Source of the DNA: Actinomycetes bacterium
GTDB lineage: Bacteria > Actinomycetota > JAICYB01
NCBI GenBank assembly: GCA_025934435.1
Contig: JAICYB010000009.1
Location: 9,724 to 73,723, forward strand
DNA: 64,000 bases
Direction: 5' to 3'
The notes under the pieces are model-generated. The model was not told where the DNA came from. It made no database searches and saw only the letters and a list, made by a program, of their open reading frames with translations. The stretch's first letter is position 1; each line of letters opens with the position of its first letter. Positions 45,204-55,527 of this stretch are shown here, one piece after another. The translations under genes and the position numbers were made by a program.

Positions 45204-45594
45204 TTCCCTCTGGGTCTTGCATCACGACGAAATAGGTGTCGAAATCCTCGACCGCCTGCAGCTTGCGCCCACCCATGCGGATCAGCCGCGACACCTCGTC
45301 GTCGATCTCGGCGCGGTCGTGTTTCGCGCTCGCGCGCACGTCGAGATGGACGCGGTTCTTCGCGGTCTTGCCTTCCGGGACCTTCTGGAAGAACAGACGA
45401 GGTTCGGAGTCGTTGCCGATCACCATCCAGTTGTCGAGATCGGCTTCGCCGACACCCGAACCGCGCAAGCGGTCCCGCACCGCTTCGACGTCGGGCGGCG
45501 GATAACGCAAGACCTCGGCCCAGAACGTCGCGAGTCCGATCGGGTCGTGCGCGTCGAACGTGATCTGGATCCGCCCGCGTTCGGGGAATGTCAC
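45184..45594 (-). CDS. VOC/glyoxalase-like protein
   Basis: ITFDAHDP..LA.FWAEVL, RLFFQKVPEGKTAKNRVHLDV, MQDPEGNEFC. Confidence 0.88.
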   Translation of the reverse strand: MTFPERGRIQITFDAHDPIGLATFWAEVLRYPPPDVEAVRDRLRGSGVGEADLDNWMVIGNDSEPRLFFQKVPEGKTAKNRVHLDVRASAKHDRAEIDDEVSRLIRMGGRKLQAVEDFDTYFVVMQDPEGNEFCID

Positions 45595-46979
45595 AGAGGC
45601 GCGTCCGGCGCCACGAGCGGCCACGGACGTTCGCGTTCGGCGATCGATGCGAGATCGAGGAGGGCGCCGTCCATGTGATGGGTGGCCATCACCTGCATGC
45701 CGACCGGAAGGCCGTCCACGGTGCCGATCGGGATCGACACCGCGGGGTTCCCGACGATGTTCGCCGGGATCGTGAGGGCTCCGTTGTTGTCCGGCCCGAC
45801 CTGCCGATCACCGACGCGAGTGCTGATGCCGATATCGGCGGGGAACGCGACATCGGGATTCGTCGCACTGATCACGAAGTCGACCTGGTCGAAGAGCGCG
45901 GCCATCGTCTCGTTCGCTGCCGTCCGTTGATGCTCGGCGCGTCCGGCGAGGTCGATGTCGTACATCTGATCGGCGATCGTCAGACCGAACGCGATCTCCG
46001 TCGTGAGCTCTTCCTTGCGATCCGGCCATGCCTCGCCGAGCGCGGCCTTGAGGCCGACGAGGTTGCACATCGCCCACTCGAGTCCGAGCTGCGGCATCTG
46101 CACGGGTATGTCGACGCGCGACAGTCCGGCGTCGCGGATCAGCGCCTCGCCGGCTTCGATGACAAGCGAAGCGACCTCCGGACGAACCACCGCCGAGCCG
46201 AGGTTCGGCGAGATCACCGCGCGGCGTCCGCGCAGCGGGAACGAGCCGAGCGATCGTTCCCAATCGGGAACCTTCGGCAACGAGTACGGATCGCGCGAGT
46301 CGTAGCCGGCGCAAACGTCGTACCACCGAGCGACGTCGCGCACCGAGCGCGCCTGACAGCCGAGCACCACGGTGAGCGGCGCGATCTCCGTCTGCGGGCC
46401 GCGAGGGATCCGTCCGGCGGTGCCTTTCATGCCGAGGAGCCCGCAGAACGCGGCGGGGATCCGGATCGAGCCGCCGCCGTCGCCGCCGCTCCCGATCGGA
46501 ACCAGGCCGCCCGCGACCGCTGAGGACGATCCACCGGACGAACCGCCGGCCGTCTTCGTCGGGTTCCACGGATTCCCGGTCACACCGTGGATCTTCGAGT
46601 TCGAGATGTTCAGACCGCCGAACTCGCTCGCGATCGTCGCGCCGACCGGATTCGCGCCGCCGGTGCCGACGAGGCGATCGAACCACGTCTTGTTGTAGGT
46701 CGCGACGCGGTCGCGGAAGACGAGCGAGGCTTCGCTCCACGGCCAGCCCACCACGGGATCGAGCTCTTTGACGCCGACGGGGACGCCGCCGAACGGCTTC
46801 GACACGTCCGCGGACGACGCACGTTCGCGCGCCGCTTCCTCGTCGATGTAGGCGAACGCGTTCAGTCGCGAGTTCTCGATCGCCTTCAGCGAAGCTTCGA
46901 GCGCGTCCGCGGGCGTAAGCTCACCCGCGCGCATGGCGTCGACGAGCGAACACGCGTCGCCGAGCCAGGGATCAGCCAT
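45591..46979 (-). CDS. Amidase signature family protein
   Basis: GVPVGVKE, NPWN, AGGSSGGS, GDGGGSIRIPA; probable leaderless promoter TAACCT-6nt-ATG. Confidence 0.92.
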   Translation of the reverse strand: MADPWLGDACSLVDAMRAGELTPADALEASLKAIENSRLNAFAYIDEEAARERASSADVSKPFGGVPVGVKELDPVVGWPWSEASLVFRDRVATYNKTWFDRLVGTGGANPVGATIASEFGGLNISNSKIHGVTGNPWNPTKTAGGSSGGSSSAVAGGLVPIGSGGDGGGSIRIPAAFCGLLGMKGTAGRIPRGPQTEIAPLTVVLGCQARSVRDVARWYDVCAGYDSRDPYSLPKVPDWERSLGSFPLRGRRAVISPNLGSAVVRPEVASLVIEAGEALIRDAGLSRVDIPVQMPQLGLEWAMCNLVGLKAALGEAWPDRKEELTTEIAFGLTIADQMYDIDLAGRAEHQRTAANETMAALFDQVDFVISATNPDVAFPADIGISTRVGDRQVGPDNNGALTIPANIVGNPAVSIPIGTVDGLPVGMQVMATHHMDGALLDLASIAERERPWPLVAPDAPL

Positions 46980-46996
46980 ACCAGGAGGTTATACAG

Positions 46997-47584
46997 ATGG
47001 AGTTCCAGGACGTCGTCCGGCGGCGCCGGATGGTCCGCAACTTCGAGGATCGTCCGGTGCCGGACGAAGCCCTCGACCTGATCCTCGAGAACGCGCTCCA
47101 CGCACCGTCCGCCGGGTTCTCGCAGGGCTGGGCCTTCCTCGTCCTGCAGGGCGACGAGAAGAGGCATTTCCACGACGTGACCTACCCAGGCCACGACGAC
47201 CTCGGTGTGTACCGGGCCCCCGTCCTCATCGTGTGCCTTTCGCACAAGGACGCCTATCTCGACCGCTACACCGAGCCCGACAAGGGCTGGACGGATCGGG
47301 ACGAATCACGCTGGCCCGCCCCCTACTGGGATATCGACACGGGCTTCGCCGCGCTCCTGATGCTCCTCACGGCCGTCGACAACGGACTCGCCGGCGTCTT
47401 CTTCGGGATCGCGCCCGACAAGATCCGGGTGTTCCACGAGGAGTTCGGCGTGCCGGATCCCTATCACCCGATCGGCGCGATCGCGCTGGGCTACGCCGCC
47501 ACCGACACGCCGTCGTCGTCTCTGAAACGAGGGCGCCGTCCGCAAGCGGAGGTTGTGCATCGCGGACGCTGGCAATCTAGATAG
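46997..47584 (+). CDS. Nitroreductase family protein
   Basis: RRRRMVRNF, APSAGFSQGW, DTGFAAL..LLTAVD.GL, AIALGY; AGGAGG RBS. Confidence 0.9.
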   Translation: MEFQDVVRRRRMVRNFEDRPVPDEALDLILENALHAPSAGFSQGWAFLVLQGDEKRHFHDVTYPGHDDLGVYRAPVLIVCLSHKDAYLDRYTEPDKGWTDRDESRWPAPYWDIDTGFAALLMLLTAVDNGLAGVFFGIAPDKIRVFHEEFGVPDPYHPIGAIALGYAATDTPSSSLKRGRRPQAEVVHRGRWQSR

Positions 47585-47586
47585 GT

Positions 47587-48693
47587 ATGCGTATCGCCCA
47601 GGTCGCACCCCTGTACGAATCGGTCCCTCCGAAGTACTACGGCGGCACCGAACGCGTGGTGTCGTACCTCACCGAGGAGTTCGTCCGTCAAGGACATGAG
47701 GTGACGCTCTTCGCGTCGGGGGATTCGGAGACGTCCGCACGACTCGTCCCCGTCTCGCATCGGAGCCTGCGTCTCGACAAGCACTGCGTCGACGTAGTCG
47801 CTCATCACGTGAAGCTGCTCGAAGACGTCGTCCGCAGGCAGGACGAGTTCGACATCATCCATTTCCACATCGGCTACCTCCACTTCCCGGTGACGGAGCG
47901 TTTGCGAACGCCGCACGTCTCGACCCAGCACGGACGTCTCGACCTGCCCGACCTGATGGGCCTGTACTCGACGTTCCGTAGCCTGCCCAACACGTCCATC
48001 TCCGATGACCAGCGCCGGGCCATGCCGTGGCTGAACTGGGTGTCGACCGTGTACCACGGCCTCCCCGAAGACGCGTACACCTTCCACGAGAGCCCCGGTG
48101 ACTACTTCGCGTTCCTCGGACGGATCTCTCCCGAAAAGCGCGTCGATCGAGCCATCGAGATCGCGAAGAACCTCGGCGTCCCGATCAAGATCGCGGCGAA
48201 GGTCGACGCACTCGACGTCGACTATTTCGAGACGACGATCTATCCGCTGCTCGATCACCCGCTCGTCGACTTCATCGGCGAGATCGGCGAAGGCGAGAAG
48301 AGCGAGTTCCTCGGACACGCGGGCGCGTTGCTATTCCCGATCGACTGGCCGGAACCGTTCGGTCTCGTCATGATCGAATCGCTCGCCTGCGGGACACCGG
48401 TGGTTGCGTACCGTCAGGGATCCGTCCCCGAAGTGATCACGCACGGACACGACGGCTTCATCGTGACGAACATCGCCGACGCCGTCGAAGCCGCGGGGTC
48501 GACGACGATCGACCGGCGGAACTGCCGGAAGACCTTCGAAGACAGGTTCTCGGCCCGGAAGATGGCCGAGGGCTACGTCGCAACCTACGAGCGCGTCATC
48601 TCGATGCCACCCCAGGCCCCGGCGATCGAGGTCCGTCCGGAAGCGGCCGCCGTTACCACATGGCGGGACCCCGAGATGGTGCCGGAGGACTGA
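47587..48693 (+). CDS. Glycosyltransferase family 4
   Basis: MRIAQVAP..SVPPKYYGGTE, FLGRISPEK, WPEPFGLVMIE (EX7E). Confidence 0.92.
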   Translation: MRIAQVAPLYESVPPKYYGGTERVVSYLTEEFVRQGHEVTLFASGDSETSARLVPVSHRSLRLDKHCVDVVAHHVKLLEDVVRRQDEFDIIHFHIGYLHFPVTERLRTPHVSTQHGRLDLPDLMGLYSTFRSLPNTSISDDQRRAMPWLNWVSTVYHGLPEDAYTFHESPGDYFAFLGRISPEKRVDRAIEIAKNLGVPIKIAAKVDALDVDYFETTIYPLLDHPLVDFIGEIGEGEKSEFLGHAGALLFPIDWPEPFGLVMIESLACGTPVVAYRQGSVPEVITHGHDGFIVTNIADAVEAAGSTTIDRRNCRKTFEDRFSARKMAEGYVATYERVISMPPQAPAIEVRPEAAAVTTWRDPEMVPED

Positions 48694-50850
48694 GTGCCCG
48701 AGGTCATCCGCGTCCGCGATTCGTATTACATCCTCGCGACGTCGCCGCTCGCCGATAACCAAACGCGTGTCCTGAAGCACGGCGAGACGTTCGCGATCTT
48801 CGACCTCTACGGCGACATCCGGCGGCTCGGCCGAGGCGAGCAAGGCGTCTATCACAAGGGGACGAGACACCTCTCCCGTTCGGTGCTGAAGCTCGGCGAC
48901 GAGCGTCCGCTGCTCCTCGGTTCGTCGGTATCCGAAGACAACGTCGTCTTCGCCGTCGACATGACCAACCCGGACATGACGATCGGCTCGACGTTCGTCC
49001 CGCGCGGCACGCTGCACATCTTCCGCTCGATCTTCTTGCGGGACGGCGCCTGCTACGAGCGGGTGCGGTTGTTCTCCTACGCGGACAAGCCACTCGAAGT
49101 GACGCTGACGCTTTCGTTCGAAGCCGACTTCGCAGACATCTTCGAGGTCCGCGGGACGAAGCGCTCGCATCGCGGCGAGCTGCACGATCCGCGGATCGAG
49201 GACGGCGACCTCGTGATCTGTTACGACGGCCTCGACGGTGTCGAACGCCGGACACGCATCGTCGTGTCGTCCGAAGGCAAGGTGGACGACTCCGGGATCA
49301 CGTTCACGTGCGCGCTGCCGCCCCAGACGCCGCGCGAGATGTTCGTGCTGACCGTCGCGGAAGGCGGGGCGTCGCACCGTGCCGTCGAGGCCTATGCGAA
49401 TGCGATCTCGCACGTGCGGGAATCGCAGAAACGGTCCGGTGAGCGGCTGACGGTGATCCGGACATCGAACGAGCTGTTCAACGCGTGGATCGACAGGTCG
49501 CTCTCGGACCTTCGCATGATGATCACGGACACACCGCACGGAAGGGTCCCGTACGGCGGCGTGCCGTGGTTCAGCGCTCCGTTCGGTCGCGACGCGATCA
49601 TCACCGCGCTGCAGATGCTCTGGGTGGACCCGTCCGTCGCGCGCGGTGTGTTGCGCTACCTCGCGGCCACGCAGGCGACCGAGGTCAACGAGGAACGAGC
49701 GGCGGAGCCGGGCAAGATCCTCCATGAACACCGGTGGGGCGAGATGGCCGCGCTCGGTGAAGTGCCCTTCGGGATGTACTACGGCTCGGTCGATTCGACA
49801 CCGCTCTTCGTCGCGCTCGCCGGCGAGTACTTCGCAGCGACGAACGACATCGCCTGCGCGCGGGAGCTCTGGCCGAACATCGAAGCGGCGCTGCGGTGGA
49901 TCGACGATTACGGCGATGTCGACGGCGACGGATTCATCGAATACACGGGATCGACGAAGGGGCTCGTCCAGCAGGGGTGGAAGGACTCCCAGGACTCCGT
50001 GTTCCACGCCGACGGCAGGATCGCGCAGCCGCCGATCGCCCTGTGTGAGGTGCAGGGGTACGTCTACTGGGCGAAGCGCCAGGCGGCGCGGATGGCCTCG
50101 GCGATCGGCGACGCCGAACGCGCGTCGCGACTCCTGAAGGAAGCGGATGCGATCAAGGACGCGTTCGAGGATGCCTTCTGGGTCGAGGAGATCGGGACGT
50201 ATGCGATCGCGCTGGACGGCGAGAAACGACCGTGCGCGATCCGGGCGTCCAACGCCGGGCATTGCTTGTTCACCGAGATCGCTTCGCCGCAGCACGGGAA
50301 GCGCGTCGCCGAATCGTTGCTATCGGATCAGTTCTTCTCCGGATGGGGTATCCGGACGCTCGCGACGAATGAGATCCGTTACGGACCCATCACCTATCAC
50401 AACGGATCGGTGTGGCCGCACGACAACTCGATCATCGGCGCCGGCCTCGCGAACTACTCGCGTAAGGAAGGGGCCGAGCGGATCCTCGCTGCGCTCCTCG
50501 ACGCGACGGACGTCCTCGAGTTCCACCGCCTCCCCGAGCTGTACTGCGGGTTCCCGCGACGTCCGGGACAAGGCCCCATCGAGTACCCACTTGCGTGCGC
50601 ACCGCAGTCGTGGGCGGCGGGTTCGGTCTTCCTGTTGCTGCGCGCTTGTCTCGGGCTCTCCGTCGACGCAACACGCGGACGGATCACGTTGTCTCGTCCG
50701 CGTCTGCCGAGCTTCTTGCGCGAGATGCACCTGCGTGGGTTGCGTGCAGGTGATGCGTCCGTCGATCTCGCGTTGTACGCGCACGGGGAAGACACCGGCG
50801 TGAACGTGACGAATCGTGAAGGCGACGTCGAAGTCGTCGTCGTCAAGTAA
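48694..50850 (+). CDS. Amylo-alpha-1,6-glucosidase / glycogen-debranching-like (alpha/alpha)6 glycoside hydrolase
   Basis: ADFADIFEVRG, GVPWFSAPFGRD, EPGKILHE, YYGSVDSTPL, QGWKDS, EVQGY, YHNGSVWPHDN, LPELYCG, PQSWAAG. Confidence 0.9.
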   Translation: MPEVIRVRDSYYILATSPLADNQTRVLKHGETFAIFDLYGDIRRLGRGEQGVYHKGTRHLSRSVLKLGDERPLLLGSSVSEDNVVFAVDMTNPDMTIGSTFVPRGTLHIFRSIFLRDGACYERVRLFSYADKPLEVTLTLSFEADFADIFEVRGTKRSHRGELHDPRIEDGDLVICYDGLDGVERRTRIVVSSEGKVDDSGITFTCALPPQTPREMFVLTVAEGGASHRAVEAYANAISHVRESQKRSGERLTVIRTSNELFNAWIDRSLSDLRMMITDTPHGRVPYGGVPWFSAPFGRDAIITALQMLWVDPSVARGVLRYLAATQATEVNEERAAEPGKILHEHRWGEMAALGEVPFGMYYGSVDSTPLFVALAGEYFAATNDIACARELWPNIEAALRWIDDYGDVDGDGFIEYTGSTKGLVQQGWKDSQDSVFHADGRIAQPPIALCEVQGYVYWAKRQAARMASAIGDAERASRLLKEADAIKDAFEDAFWVEEIGTYAIALDGEKRPCAIRASNAGHCLFTEIASPQHGKRVAESLLSDQFFSGWGIRTLATNEIRYGPITYHNGSVWPHDNSIIGAGLANYSRKEGAERILAALLDATDVLEFHRLPELYCGFPRRPGQGPIEYPLACAPQSWAAGSVFLLLRACLGLSVDATRGRITLSRPRLPSFLREMHLRGLRAGDASVDLALYAHGEDTGVNVTNREGDVEVVVVK

Positions 50851-51475
50851 GGGCGTTCGCCAAAGCGCCGATGAGCGCTTGCGTATCGGGACAGCCCGGC
50901 CCCCGTTCGTCGCCTTCCCAAAACGGCGGGAGACCACGGACGCGCGGCGTCAGCTCGAGTTGGACGCCCCCCCGGCGCACGCGGTTGCAGAGGTTCCGGG
51001 GGCTCAGCCCCCGGCAGTGCGACGGGATCTGCTCCAGGTCGTCCACGACGTCGTAGGAAGGAAGCGCGTTCCGCAACGCGTCCGCGACCCTCATGGCGAG
51101 GTCGCGGTTGCGTCCGCCGACGAGGAGCGGCCGGTCGACGCCGTCACGCCCGAACCGGAACATGCTCGGTGCCGTGATCGCGCCGAACTGTTCCGTCCCC
51201 CATCCGTGTATCGCGACGACGGTGTCGACGTGCTCGACGAACGATTGGAGTGCCGGAGACTGGGACGGATCGAGCTTCGTCGATGGGATGTGCCAGCGGA
51301 AACCGCGCGGCTGGCGGATCGTGTACAGCGATGCGCCGGCGCGTTCGGCGACGGCGGTCGCGATGACGTCTGTCATCACTTCGAGTGAGCCACCGTGGAA
51401 CGCCATGACGCCGATGGGCGACCGAAGCTCGCAGGTTTCTTCGACGCCTTCGGTCGCTAGGAGTTCATCGAGCAC
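50843..51475 (-). CDS. Poly-gamma-glutamate hydrolase family protein (PghP/DUF867-like)
   Basis: FHGGSLE, HIPST, AIHG, G..PRNLCN, GVQLE. Confidence 0.8.
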   Translation of the reverse strand: MLDELLATEGVEETCELRSPIGVMAFHGGSLEVMTDVIATAVAERAGASLYTIRQPRGFRWHIPSTKLDPSQSPALQSFVEHVDTVVAIHGWGTEQFGAITAPSMFRFGRDGVDRPLLVGGRNRDLAMRVADALRNALPSYDVVDDLEQIPSHCRGLSPRNLCNRVRRGGVQLELTPRVRGLPPFWEGDERGPGCPDTQALIGALANALT

Positions 51476-52255
51476 TTAGCTCGCTACGTTACTCGCGAGC
51501 CACTGCTCCCACGTGATCTGGCCGTCGCGATGATCGGGCGTGAGGTTGTGGCCCTCCCGAAACGCCCTGATCGCCCTGCCCGGGAAGGGCACAGACACGA
51601 CGATGCGTGACTTCTTCTTGGCGCGTAGCCACGACTTCGCGATGTCCTTGAATCCGAGGATCTCGGGCCCGCCCATATCGGGAGCTCGTCCCGACGGGCC
51701 CTGTTCGATCAGCGAAGCCATGCGCGCTGCGACTTCGCCCGGATCGAGGAGCTGCGAGCGCACGCCTTTCGGCACCATGACGACCGGTGAGCGCGCGAGC
51801 CGGCCGACGAACTCGTCCGGGAGCGTATGCCACTGGGTCGTCCGGAGGATCGTGTGGGGCAGGCCGCTGCGTTCGATGATCTGTTCGCAGTCGTACTTCG
51901 CTCGGTAATAGCCGAGCGGGATCTTGTCGACGCCGACGATGGAGATGTACACGACGTGGACGTTGCGCTCCAGGAGTTTGATCAAGCGGTCGGTCGGGTC
52001 GACGTCGGTTTTCTTCGATGCGGCGTAACCCAGTCCTTTCGCGCCGTTGTCCGCCGCGCCGGACGCGCAATGAACGAGGACGTCGACACCCTTCACCGCG
52101 TCGCCGATCCCTTCGCCCGTCACGAGGTCGCCGACGACGTGATCCGGTCCCGGCTTGCGGGACAGCACCTTGACGTTGTGTCCCGCCGTCACGAGCACCG
52201 GGACGAGCTCGCGGCCGAGGTGCCCCGTCCCGCCCGTGACGAGGATCTGACTCAT
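51476..52255 (-). CDS. NAD(P)H-binding NmrA-like atypical SDR
   Basis: MSQILVTGGTGHLG, YISIVG, YY.AK, ILRTTQW, GGPE; ATGA overlap with tricorn. Confidence 0.87.
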   Translation of the reverse strand: MSQILVTGGTGHLGRELVPVLVTAGHNVKVLSRKPGPDHVVGDLVTGEGIGDAVKGVDVLVHCASGAADNGAKGLGYAASKKTDVDPTDRLIKLLERNVHVVYISIVGVDKIPLGYYRAKYDCEQIIERSGLPHTILRTTQWHTLPDEFVGRLARSPVVMVPKGVRSQLLDPGEVAARMASLIEQGPSGRAPDMGGPEILGFKDIAKSWLRAKKKSRIVVSVPFPGRAIRAFREGHNLTPDHRDGQITWEQWLASNVAS

Positions 52256-55200
52256 CGCTTGGGCAGTTTGGGCAGCGTCAGCTTCGGTCGCGTCTTGAGG
52301 TCGGGGAACTTCGGCTTGTACTTCGTGAGCGCCTGACCCATCAGCCGGAGCGCGGTGTCCATCTGCGGATCGCGACCGGCTGCGTAGTCCTGCGGCGTGA
52401 TGTCGAGATCGTGCGTCGGATCCGTCCCGTAGTTCTCGACGCCCCAGCCGACGTCGCGGAACCAGTAGGAGTACTCCGGCTGTGTCGTCATCCCGTTGTC
52501 GACGAGCATGTGGCGGTAGCTGATGCCGATGACGCCGCCCCACGTTCGCTTCCCGACGACGGGTCCGAGGCCGAGGATCTTGAACGCATGCGTGAAGATG
52601 TCGCCGTCCGACCCGGCCTGCTCGTTCGTCAGACACACGAGGGGTCCGTTCGGCGAATCCGACGGGTACGGGTCCGGCGTCTTGCTCCACCGCGTCACGT
52701 CGTAGCCGATCCTTTGACGCGCGAGCTTCTCGAGGATGATCTGCGAGACGTGGCCACCGCCGTTGTAACGGACGTCGACGATCAATCCGTCGCGGACGAC
52801 TTCCGCGTTGTAGTAGCGGTGGAACTCGGCGTAGCCGTGCGGACCCATATCCGGGATGTGGACGTAACCGACGCGCCCGCGCGTCCGGTCGTGGACGAGC
52901 GCGCGATTGCGCTCCACCCATTCGCGATAACGCGCCGGCTTCTCGTCGACGAGCGTCTTGACGTAGAGCGTTCGACGCGCGCGGCCCTGCGCGTTCGCGA
53001 GGACGAGCTCGACGTCGGTTCCCGCGTAGTTCACGAGGAGCCACGACGGTGAATGGTCGGGCGTCGCCGGCTCGCCGTTGATCGCGACGATGACGTCGCC
53101 TTCCTTCGCGTCGATGCCCGGTGCGGCGAGCGGTGACGTCTGCGACGGTTCCCAGCTATCGCCGCGGACGACGTGCGTGATCACCCAACGCCCGTTGCGC
53201 AGTTCGATGTCGACGCCGAGATGGCCGACGCGGTAGGGAGGTGGTGGCTTGAGGTCGCCGCCCATCTCGTAGGCGTGCGACGTGCCGAGCTCGCCGTTCA
53301 TCTCCCACATGAGGTCGGAGAACTCGTAGCGGCTGCCCACCTTGTCGACGAGCGGCCGGTAGCGGTCGTAGATCGCCACCCAGTCGACGCCCGACATGTC
53401 GGGGACCCAGAAGTGCTCCCGCTGGAAGCGCCATGCTTCGCGGAACATCTGCCGGTACTCGCTCGCCGGATCGACGGACACGCGGATACGACCGAGGTCG
53501 ATCCAACCGGACTTCCGCCCCGGGGCGTCGCCGTTGCTGTCGTCGGGCTTGTTATCCGCGCGTATCGCGCGCAGCCGGCCGTGGGCGCGGTAGAGCAGCG
53601 TCGAATTGTCCAGCGAAACCGTGAAGCTGGCCGCACCCTGGACGAGACCGTCGCACTTGAGTTCCTTCAGGTCGTAGATCTCGATCTTGCCGTTCGCTTC
53701 TTCCGAGTCTTCGTCGGTGGCACCGAGCGCCCCGCTCACCGGGATGCTTGCGAATACGACCTTGTCCTTGATGCCGCGGATCTGTGTGTAGCGGCCTTCG
53801 GGAACAGGGAACGCCACGATCCGTTCCTCGATCCCGTCGAAGTCGATCGGGAGCATCTTCGGCTTCTCGGACGACGTACCTTTCTTCGGTGGTTCGTCCT
53901 TCGGCGGCTTCTCGACGAACGGGCGCGGCTTCGGAACGAAGGGCGACGGTTCATCCGCGCGAAGCGTGACGAGATGCGGACGCACCGTGCGCGGGAACCC
54001 GAGGTCGAAGTAGATCGAGTCGTACACCGGATCGAAGACGCGTGCCGAGAGGAAGTAGAGGTAACGGCCGTCCGGATCGAAGGACGGAACGCCGTCCGAG
54101 AAATCGGGTCGAGTCACCGTCACCGTGTTGCCGTTCGCGGCTTCGGCGATCCGGAGCACGGACGTGCGGCGATCCGGTGCGATCGCGTATGCGACGTAGC
54201 GGCCGTCCGGCGACCAGGTCGCGCCCGAGATCTGCGCGTGCTCGCTCGAGTCGAGGACGCGGCTGCGATTCGTCTGGACGTCGACGAAGACGAGTTCGTT
54301 GCGGTGGTTCGTCAAGACGACTTGGTTCTTGGTCGGCGACACCACGAGCTCGATCGCGCGACCGATGTCGACGCGGTCGAGGCGTTTCGTGCGTGATCCG
54401 TCCTTCGTCGAGTAGACCTCGATCGCTTCCTCGCCGGCCTCGTCCGATACGCAGACGATCGCCGCACCGTCGAACGTGAAGCGCGGGAGGCGGTACCGCA
54501 CGCCGTCGCGCGCACCGTACTGCCGCGGCGCCTGCTCCCAGTTCGGCATGGTGAAGAGCTTCCCGCGCGTCGCGAGCGCGACCTGGCTGCCGTCGGGGTG
54601 CAATCCCCACGAATGCAGATACCGGGACGCATCGACGAACCGACGGTTGCGTCCGATGCGCGGCGAACGAAGGTCGATGTCGACGCGGCGGCTCTCGCCG
54701 CTCTCGGGATCGAAGATCCAGACTTCCGCCGCGAGCTGATAGACGATGCGCGCACCGTCGCTGTACGCCCACCGCGCGTAGTACGTGTCGTGATCGGTGT
54801 GTCGACGGATGCTTCGTCCAGTCGGCGTGACCGAATAGAGGTTGCCGATCCCTTCGTGATCCGACAGGAAGTAGATGCGTTCTCCGACCCACAGTGGCGA
54901 AGCGAGATTCCCGTTGATGTTCACGAGACGCTTGAACGTGCCCCGTCCGACGGTGTCGATCCAGATGTCGCCGCGCGTACCGCCGCGGTAGCGCTTCCAT
55001 CGCGCGGGATCGACGGTGTTCCGTCCGAGGACGATCCGTTTCCCGTCGGGCGCGTAGTTCAGCTCGTTCGCCGGACCGACGGGGACCTGCGCCGGCACTC
55101 CGGACGAAGCATCAACGGTGTAGACGGCGTTCTCACCGCGGTTGGACGTCCGTGCGTCGGTCTGGAAGATGACGCGACCATCGCGCGTCCATCCACGGAC

Positions 55201-55476
55201 GGCGGAGTTCGCGCCGAGATAGGTCCGACGCTGCGCCGGGCCCCCGTCGGCGGGCATGACGTAGACCTCGGCGTGCGCTTCTTCGGTCCCCGTGAAGGCG
55301 ATCAGGTTGCCGTCGGGGGAGACGATGGTGCGTCCGACGGGTCCGACGTTCGACGTGAGACGCCGCGCGACGCCGCCGTCGGCGGACACGGTCCAGACGT
55401 CGTCCTCGGAAAGGAAGACGATGCGGTCGCCGGCGATGGACGGCGACCGGAAGTACCCGGCGTTGAGTTCAGTCAT
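52252..55476 (-). CDS. Tricorn protease (S41 family)
   Basis: Propeller repeats (FLSEDDVW, WKRYRGG, FLSDHEGIGNLYS), GELGTSHAY, PDZ region, GYVHIPDM, DVRYNGGG, AGSDGD, RTWGG. Confidence 0.95.
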   Translation of the reverse strand: MTELNAGYFRSPSIAGDRIVFLSEDDVWTVSADGGVARRLTSNVGPVGRTIVSPDGNLIAFTGTEEAHAEVYVMPADGGPAQRRTYLGANSAVRGWTRDGRVIFQTDARTSNRGENAVYTVDASSGVPAQVPVGPANELNYAPDGKRIVLGRNTVDPARWKRYRGGTRGDIWIDTVGRGTFKRLVNINGNLASPLWVGERIYFLSDHEGIGNLYSVTPTGRSIRRHTDHDTYYARWAYSDGARIVYQLAAEVWIFDPESGESRRVDIDLRSPRIGRNRRFVDASRYLHSWGLHPDGSQVALATRGKLFTMPNWEQAPRQYGARDGVRYRLPRFTFDGAAIVCVSDEAGEEAIEVYSTKDGSRTKRLDRVDIGRAIELVVSPTKNQVVLTNHRNELVFVDVQTNRSRVLDSSEHAQISGATWSPDGRYVAYAIAPDRRTSVLRIAEAANGNTVTVTRPDFSDGVPSFDPDGRYLYFLSARVFDPVYDSIYFDLGFPRTVRPHLVTLRADEPSPFVPKPRPFVEKPPKDEPPKKGTSSEKPKMLPIDFDGIEERIVAFPVPEGRYTQIRGIKDKVVFASIPVSGALGATDEDSEEANGKIEIYDLKELKCDGLVQGAASFTVSLDNSTLLYRAHGRLRAIRADNKPDDSNGDAPGRKSGWIDLGRIRVSVDPASEYRQMFREAWRFQREHFWVPDMSGVDWVAIYDRYRPLVDKVGSRYEFSDLMWEMNGELGTSHAYEMGGDLKPPPPYRVGHLGVDIELRNGRWVITHVVRGDSWEPSQTSPLAAPGIDAKEGDVIVAINGEPATPDHSPSWLLVNYAGTDVELVLANAQGRARRTLYVKTLVDEKPARYREWVERNRALVHDRTRGRVGYVHIPDMGPHGYAEFHRYYNAEVVRDGLIVDVRYNGGGHVSQIILEKLARQRIGYDVTRWSKTPDPYPSDSPNGPLVCLTNEQAGSDGDIFTHAFKILGLGPVVGKRTWGGVIGISYRHMLVDNGMTTQPEYSYWFRDVGWGVENYGTDPTHDLDITPQDYAAGRDPQMDTALRLMGQALTKYKPKFPDLKTRPKLTLPKLPKR

Positions 55477-55527
55477 GACATTCCTCTAGTAGGTCCTCAC
55501 CCGCAACCGGGCGATGATATCGAGCGG

